The notes under the pieces are model-generated. The model did no database searches and had not been told where the DNA came from. It was given only the letters and a program-made list of their open reading frames with translations. From Candidatus Praeruminimicrobium purgamenti (GTDB lineage: Bacteria; Elusimicrobiota; Endomicrobiia; Endomicrobiales; Endomicrobiaceae), in assembly GCA_018433585.1 (NCBI GenBank), contig JAHDQW010000005.1, forward strand, positions 113,059-177,058: a DNA stretch of 64,000 nt, given 5' to 3'. The translations under genes were made by a program, and so were the position numbers. Positions 59,499-64,000 of the stretch are shown here, in pieces; positions within the stretch are counted from its first letter, which is position 1, and every line of letters begins with the position of its first letter.

Positions 59499-60801
59499 TT
59501 AAACTCCAAATAACAATCCATACGACAGTCAATCCTATCGTTGTAGGGAGGATAGTTTCAGGAATAATGACATTCGTCATCAGGTTAAAAGACAGAATAT
59601 ATGAAAAATAAAACAATACTATTGAAAAGAACAAAGAAAGAAACAGGCTTGAATACCTTACTATTTCGCTGAATCTGGTTTTTATAAAAAACAAAAGTAT
59701 TATGCTCATGATCATATAAAAATTTAAAACATACTTTAATTCCGTATTAACTATGTAATAGTAAAATGCGAAGAACGGCTCAAAAATATATCTTATAGGA
59801 GACTGGGGTCCTTTTACGTCGTGAACAATTACGCGCATTTCAGGTCTTGATTCAAGAAGTTCGAAAATATTCTTATCTCCGTTTTTCTTTACTACTGTCC
59901 AAACGTTCGCCATATAGCCGAGTCCGTGCCAGTCTGTAGAACCGAGCATCAAAAGATTATTCTTTTTGCATATATCTATAATTTCTTTTCTTGTCTCTTC
60001 CTTTATATATCTGTATCCGCAGTTATAAATTTCAAAACCGTCTATGCCCATATCTACAAGTTCCTGCAGAGGCGGTTTTTTCCATTTCCACCAGTGCGGC
60101 ATAACGACAAGCATTCCTTCCGAATGCGCCAAATCAACCATTTCTTTTATGCTTTTATCCATATAATCTCTGTACCTGAATTGATATTTCGATAAAAGCA
60201 AAACAGAAACGCCTTCCGTTGTTCTTATTTGTATTCCCGGGAAAATATTGCTGTCATCAACGTCGCACGGTATAGAATAAAAACCGTTGGTATTGTCATG
60301 TTCGGTAATAAAAAAATCGGTAAACCCGTGTTTTTTATGATAATTGATGCTTGACAGAACTGTAGAAATATTGTCTTTTGAAGCAATTGTATGAGAATGA
60401 GCGTCAACGACTTTATAATCATAAGGGACAGAAAGTTTAGGTCCGATTACAGGCAAAATTACAATGGCGCATATTATTGATAAAAAAAAGAAAAACGACC
60501 ACAAGCAGTGTACTATTATTTGCTTTGTTTTCACTCTTTTGTGTATTGATAAAGATATAACAAGCGCAAGAATCCAGAAAAGCCACGATGACAAAGCAAA
60601 AACATAACCTGAACGTTCCAAAGTCAAAATATAATACGAAAAAGCGTAAAAAGGCTCTATAAATAATCTCAGTTTAGGCCATTGAAGCGAAAAAGACACG
60701 TTTTGGTTTGTTATTATATCTATTATATTTGGAGAATAAAGAAATGAATTTAAAAGAATCGATGCAAGGATAAAAGATATAAAAATATATATTTTTTTCA
60801 T
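59482..60801 (-). CDS. integral-membrane PHP-domain phosphoesterase-like protein
   Basis: 439 aa. A PHP-type metal motif set (VVDAHSHT, ITEHD, MPHWW, STDWHG) is flanked by N- and C-terminal TM bundles. Overlaps the GT39 gene by 17 nt. Confidence 0.55.
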   Translation of the reverse strand: MKKIYIFISFILASILLNSFLYSPNIIDIITNQNVSFSLQWPKLRLFIEPFYAFSYYILTLERSGYVFALSSWLFWILALVISLSIHKRVKTKQIIVHCLWSFFFFLSIICAIVILPVIGPKLSVPYDYKVVDAHSHTIASKDNISTVLSSINYHKKHGFTDFFITEHDNTNGFYSIPCDVDDSNIFPGIQIRTTEGVSVLLLSKYQFRYRDYMDKSIKEMVDLAHSEGMLVVMPHWWKWKKPPLQELVDMGIDGFEIYNCGYRYIKEETRKEIIDICKKNNLLMLGSTDWHGLGYMANVWTVVKKNGDKNIFELLESRPEMRVIVHDVKGPQSPIRYIFEPFFAFYYYIVNTELKYVLNFYMIMSIILLFFIKTRFSEIVRYSSLFLSLFFSIVLFYFSYILSFNLMTNVIIPETILPTTIGLTVVWIVIWSLSDKNI

Positions 60802-60809
60802 TTTGTGTT

Positions 60810-61223
60810 CTACTTAGACCGTTTTTGTCCCGCGGTTTCAACAGCAAGCGCAAACTTTGAGGCTCCGGCTTTTCTTGCCTGATCCATTACCTGCACTACA
60901 AGTTCATATTTTATATTTTTATCACCCTTAACAACTACTGCTCTGTCAGGATGCTGAAGAACGGCGTTTTTTATAGCTTCTTCAAAATATTTTGAATGAA
61001 GCTGCAAGCCGTCGAGATAGATAAAACCGTCTTTATCTATAAGAACTTCTATGTTTTTCTTATCATCCTGCTCGGTATTTTCCGCTTTAGGCAAATTAAC
61101 TTTTATTCCGTGCTGCGATAACATAGGCGTTGTAATCATAAATATAATCAGCAAAACCAAAACTACGTCGGTAAACGGAGTTATGTTAATATCGGCAACA
61201 AGCCTGTTCTTCTTATTTTTCAT
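60810..61223 (-). CDS. tolR: ExbD/TolR-family biopolymer transport protein
   Basis: 137 aa with INITPFTDVVLVLLIIFM. Confidence 0.85.
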   Translation of the reverse strand: MKNKKNRLVADINITPFTDVVLVLLIIFMITTPMLSQHGIKVNLPKAENTEQDDKKNIEVLIDKDGFIYLDGLQLHSKYFEEAIKNAVLQHPDRAVVVKGDKNIKYELVVQVMDQARKAGASKFALAVETAGQKRSK

Positions 61224-61854
61224 CTTTTAGCACCGAGTCTAAAATTTCTTTCAAAGCTGAAACTGAATATTCCATTTCAACAGTAAAATTATCTATAGTT
61301 TTCATAAAAAAATTGTAAGCTATAACCGCAGGAATTGCCACGCAAAGTCCTGTAGCCGTTGCAATTAAAGCTTCCGATACGCCGCCGATAACTACCGAAA
61401 GTCCGCCGGAACCGGCAAGCGAAATGTCATGAAACGAACGTATAATACCGACGACAGTTCCGAACAAACCGATATAAACGGATACGCCGCCGATAGTACC
61501 GAGAATGGTAGTATATTTTTCAAGTTTCATCGTTTCAATTGATATTTCCCTGTTCATTGCATGTTTTACGTCAGAACTGTTCGTTCTCTGAAAATATAAA
61601 ATTCCGGCTTTTATAACATTTGAAACCGGAGTGTCAGAATCTTCACAAAAACTTAGCGCGCTTTCAACAGACTGCTTCTGCAGTCTCACTTTTATTTTCA
61701 GCAGTAAACTTTTAGTGTCTACTTTTGATTTTTTCTTAAACTCAAGAAATTTCAATATCATAATGGCTATCGATATCATTGACGCCGATAACAAAACGTA
61801 TAACGTCCAACCGCCTATGGCAAGTATATCCAGCAAACTTTTACCTTCAAACAT
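61213..61854 (-). CDS. tolQ: MotA/TolQ/ExbB proton-channel protein
   Basis: 213 aa with 3 TM helices and GLFGTVVGII, EALIATATGL motifs. Confidence 0.88.
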   Translation of the reverse strand: MFEGKSLLDILAIGGWTLYVLLSASMISIAIMILKFLEFKKKSKVDTKSLLLKIKVRLQKQSVESALSFCEDSDTPVSNVIKAGILYFQRTNSSDVKHAMNREISIETMKLEKYTTILGTIGGVSVYIGLFGTVVGIIRSFHDISLAGSGGLSVVIGGVSEALIATATGLCVAIPAVIAYNFFMKTIDNFTVEMEYSVSALKEILDSVLKDEK

Positions 61855-61877
61855 TCTCTCTAATCCTCTTTATTAAA

Positions 61878-63221
61878 TTATAAGCCTTGAGACCACGAAG
61901 GAGTAAACGAACTTCCCGGAACATCGGCAAGTTTTCTTACTCCGGAACCGTCAAGACCCATTATATATATCTCGCTTTTGCCCGAACGCGTTGACGAAAA
62001 AGCAATAAATCTTCCGTCCTGCGACCAGCTCGGATTTTCATTATCTCCCTGGTCCTCGGTAAGCCTTATTATTTTGGTTTTAGGCAAATCATATAAAAAT
62101 ATATCATAATTATTGTCCATTTTCATTGTAAAAACAATTTTATCGCCTTTAGGAGACCATGACGGCGAATCACAATTGCCTTTTGTAGACAATCTTCTTA
62201 AATTAACTCCGTCTATATCCATTATATAAACCTGCGGATAACCTGCTCTGTCGGAAATAAAAACTATTTCTCTTCCGCTTGGAGCAAAAGAAGGACTTGT
62301 GTCAATATACTTCCCCTGTGTTAATCTTCTTAGAACGACTCCGTCCGAACTTAACAAATACAAATTAGGGTAAACGCCTCTTGATAAAGTCGCAACCATC
62401 GTCTTCTTATCAGGCGAAACCGACGTAGGAGAATTTAACCCCTGTATGGTTGAAACGGCTTTTCTTTTATTTTTTACAATATCCACCAAAAACAAATCAG
62501 GATTGTTGTAAAGATACGAAGTATATATTATCTGCGGAGAATTCGGCACCCATTTAGGCAGAACATTGAGCCTGTTGTCTTTCGTTATTCTTCTTAAATT
62601 ATAACCGTCGTAATCAATAACATACAATTCCTTAAATTTTGTGCTGTTGTTGATAAACGCTATCTTTGAACGGGCAACACCTTCTTCACCCGTAAATCTT
62701 TTTACTATTTCATCGTTGATTTCATGAGCTATGTATCTGTAGTTTGAAACGACGTCGCTGTATTTCCCTTCCCATACAAGCTGTCTGCTTTCTATATCGT
62801 AAACTTTAACTGAAACCGTCAGTTTTATAACATCCGATATAGCTATGCTTCCTGTCAGCAAAACGGATACGTTTTTCAATTCCCAGTAAGAAAATTGTGA
62901 ATCCATATCAAATTTATATGAAGTGTTGGCTATGGCAACATTGAAATGTCTTGATAAAATTAAATCGTTTTCCAGAACGTCTTTAAAATCTCTGGACAAA
63001 CTCATTTCTTCAAAAAGTCCGTTTACAGGCAGAAAATCCGCAAGACCTATGCTCGCTCTGCTTCCGGTTGAAGACAAAGACAAATAAACGTCATTGGCGG
63101 CATGTCCGTAAACTGAAAAAAAGAATATAAAACAAAATGAAAATATAATTTTTTTAACGGAATTTAAATTCAAAATAAACTCCCAAACTGTCTTCTTTAT
63201 AAGCGTCAGGCAACGGAGCAA
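61878..63221 (-). CDS. tolB: Tol-Pal system beta-propeller protein TolB
   Basis: 447 aa with PD40 propeller repeats (SPSWSPKGDKIVF, NPSWSQDGRFIAFSS). The true start may be TTG 63173 (MNLNSVKKIIFSFCFIFFFSVYGHA signal peptide). Confidence 0.88.
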   Translation of the reverse strand: MLRCLTLIKKTVWEFILNLNSVKKIIFSFCFIFFFSVYGHAANDVYLSLSSTGSRASIGLADFLPVNGLFEEMSLSRDFKDVLENDLILSRHFNVAIANTSYKFDMDSQFSYWELKNVSVLLTGSIAISDVIKLTVSVKVYDIESRQLVWEGKYSDVVSNYRYIAHEINDEIVKRFTGEEGVARSKIAFINNSTKFKELYVIDYDGYNLRRITKDNRLNVLPKWVPNSPQIIYTSYLYNNPDLFLVDIVKNKRKAVSTIQGLNSPTSVSPDKKTMVATLSRGVYPNLYLLSSDGVVLRRLTQGKYIDTSPSFAPSGREIVFISDRAGYPQVYIMDIDGVNLRRLSTKGNCDSPSWSPKGDKIVFTMKMDNNYDIFLYDLPKTKIIRLTEDQGDNENPSWSQDGRFIAFSSTRSGKSEIYIMGLDGSGVRKLADVPGSSFTPSWSQGL

Positions 63222-63840
63222 AAGGGCTTGCCAGTTCTACGGCTCTCAAAGCGTTCTGGTCAAAGCTCTCATCGCCGGAAGATTCTTTAATAATGCAAGA
63301 CGATACAGTACCGTCTTTTAAAATCTTAAAATAAACAAGCGCTCTGTAAGAAGAATCGACAGTTGACCACTGCCAATTCCTGCTTATTTTCTTAACTATC
63401 TGCGAAGTATAATAAGAATACTTAAAATCAGCATTCTCAATCATTATACCTTTATTCGGTGAACCCATTCCGGCCGTTTTATTGGAAGCTTTCTCTTCTT
63501 TTAAAACTTTTTCTTCTTTTGCAGGTTCTTTTTCCTTAACTTTTGCTTTCTCTTTCTTTTTATTGTTTTCTAAAGCTATATCGTCTTTATTTACTTTTTC
63601 TTTTTTCTTTTCTTCTATTTTAGGCTCTATTTTTTTTTCAGGCTTCGTTTCAATTTTTTCAATAGTTTTTACTTTTTTTTCAATTTCATTTCCGGGAGAA
63701 TAAAAAGAAACTTCCACCGGTATCTGCATAAACGTAACTTTTGATGTTTTCTGGTAAAAAATGATAAACAAAACAAGAAAATGGATAACAACAGATAAAA
63801 TAAAGTATGGAAAAAAACTATTTTTGTTCAGATTTAGCAT
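63154..63840 (-). CDS. TonB-C-domain energy transducer, TolA-like by context
   Basis: 228 aa. N-terminal TM anchor, K/E/P-rich spacer, and a C-terminal TonB_C fold (ALVYFKILKDGTV...PFAPLP). Confidence 0.75.
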   Translation of the reverse strand: MLNLNKNSFFPYFILSVVIHFLVLFIIFYQKTSKVTFMQIPVEVSFYSPGNEIEKKVKTIEKIETKPEKKIEPKIEEKKKEKVNKDDIALENNKKKEKAKVKEKEPAKEEKVLKEEKASNKTAGMGSPNKGIMIENADFKYSYYTSQIVKKISRNWQWSTVDSSYRALVYFKILKDGTVSSCIIKESSGDESFDQNALRAVELASPFAPLPDAYKEDSLGVYFEFKFR

Positions 63841-64000
63841 TTGAGTATATCTTTATTTTCTCTTTTGCAGTAAAAGCCTCAGGACTGTTAGGATATTCCG
63901 ATAAAATAGATTCCAATATTGCTTTTGATTCGCCTTTTTTACCTAAAAATTCCAAACATAAAGCCATTTTAAGACGTGCAGAAGATACAAAATCCGAACC
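63818..64000 (-). CDS. TPR protein, CpoB/YbgF-like C-terminus (partial; N-terminus beyond the window end)
   Basis: My translation of the open frame at the window edge: ..ARLKMALCLEFLGKKGESKAILESILSEYPNSPEAFTAKEKIKIYSNAKSEQK*. The stop at 63818 overlaps the tolA-like start. Confidence 0.5.
   Translation of the reverse strand, partial: GSDFVSSARLKMALCLEFLGKKGESKAILESILSEYPNSPEAFTAKEKIKIYSNAKSEQK

Noticed and set aside
63480-63700. Repetitive AAAG/GAAA-rich DNA that looks like a tandem repeat array.
   Set aside because: It encodes the K/E/P-rich spacer of the TolA/TonB-like protein. There is no repeat-spacer periodicity, so it is not a CRISPR array or satellite.
1-64000. Scan for tRNA, rRNA, CRISPR, transposase, integrase, toxin-antitoxin or defence-island signatures.
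   Set aside because: No intergenic gap over 100 nt shows tRNA-like conserved arms. No repeat-spacer arrays or mobile-element or defence gene motifs were seen. The window is essentially core genome.

Overview
This is a low-GC (about one-third G+C by eye), densely packed bacterial chromosome segment. It is almost entirely core genes in long co-directional runs. The host looks diderm: Tol-Pal genes, an outer-membrane porin ending in Phe, and lipoproteins. The phylum cannot be assigned from sequence alone. Gene order: aconitase (partial), DUF2207, a 1070-aa GH94-like orphan, then a purB-purN-purM / pyrE-pyrF-pyrD block interleaved with three paralogs of an unannotatable membrane-anchored protein. 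Next come rdgB-rph, valS, an SPL-like radical SAM gene with a nucleosidase-like gene, and a DEAD-box helicase. On the + strand: thiE-thiC-thrB-ask-cimA-ilvD, then rpsP-KH-rimM-trmD-rplS-rnhB-yraN. A complete Pho cluster follows (phoB-phoR-porin-pstSCAB-phoU), then lrgAB, an M20 amidohydrolase, nnrD and acpS. After that: infC-rpmI-rplT-trkHA-pheST, cutA-maf, and an envelope run (cpoB-tolA-like-tolB-tolQ-tolR-PHP membrane protein-GT39-M23 peptidase-bactofilin-PpiD-like). I saw no rRNA or tRNA genes, CRISPR arrays, transposases, integrases, or a recognisable defence or toxin-antitoxin island, so no large novel system is evident. The most notable observations are: (1) the triplicated TM-anchored SGNH-like/TPR family embedded in the purine operon, two copies with 1-nt frame breaks; (2) an unannotated 34-aa ORF with its own promoter, SD and terminator, whose sequence resembles a PqqA-type RiPP leader; (3) rnhB and infC, whose conserved N-termini lie upstream of any canonical start codon (ATT starts likely); (4) identical TTAACA-N5-TTAACA Pho-box-like repeats at two promoters in the pst cluster; (5) an N-terminally truncated RimM; (6) an atypical Tol gene order fused to a PHP/GT39/M23/bactofilin module. 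All functional calls come from reading motifs by eye; no searches were run.
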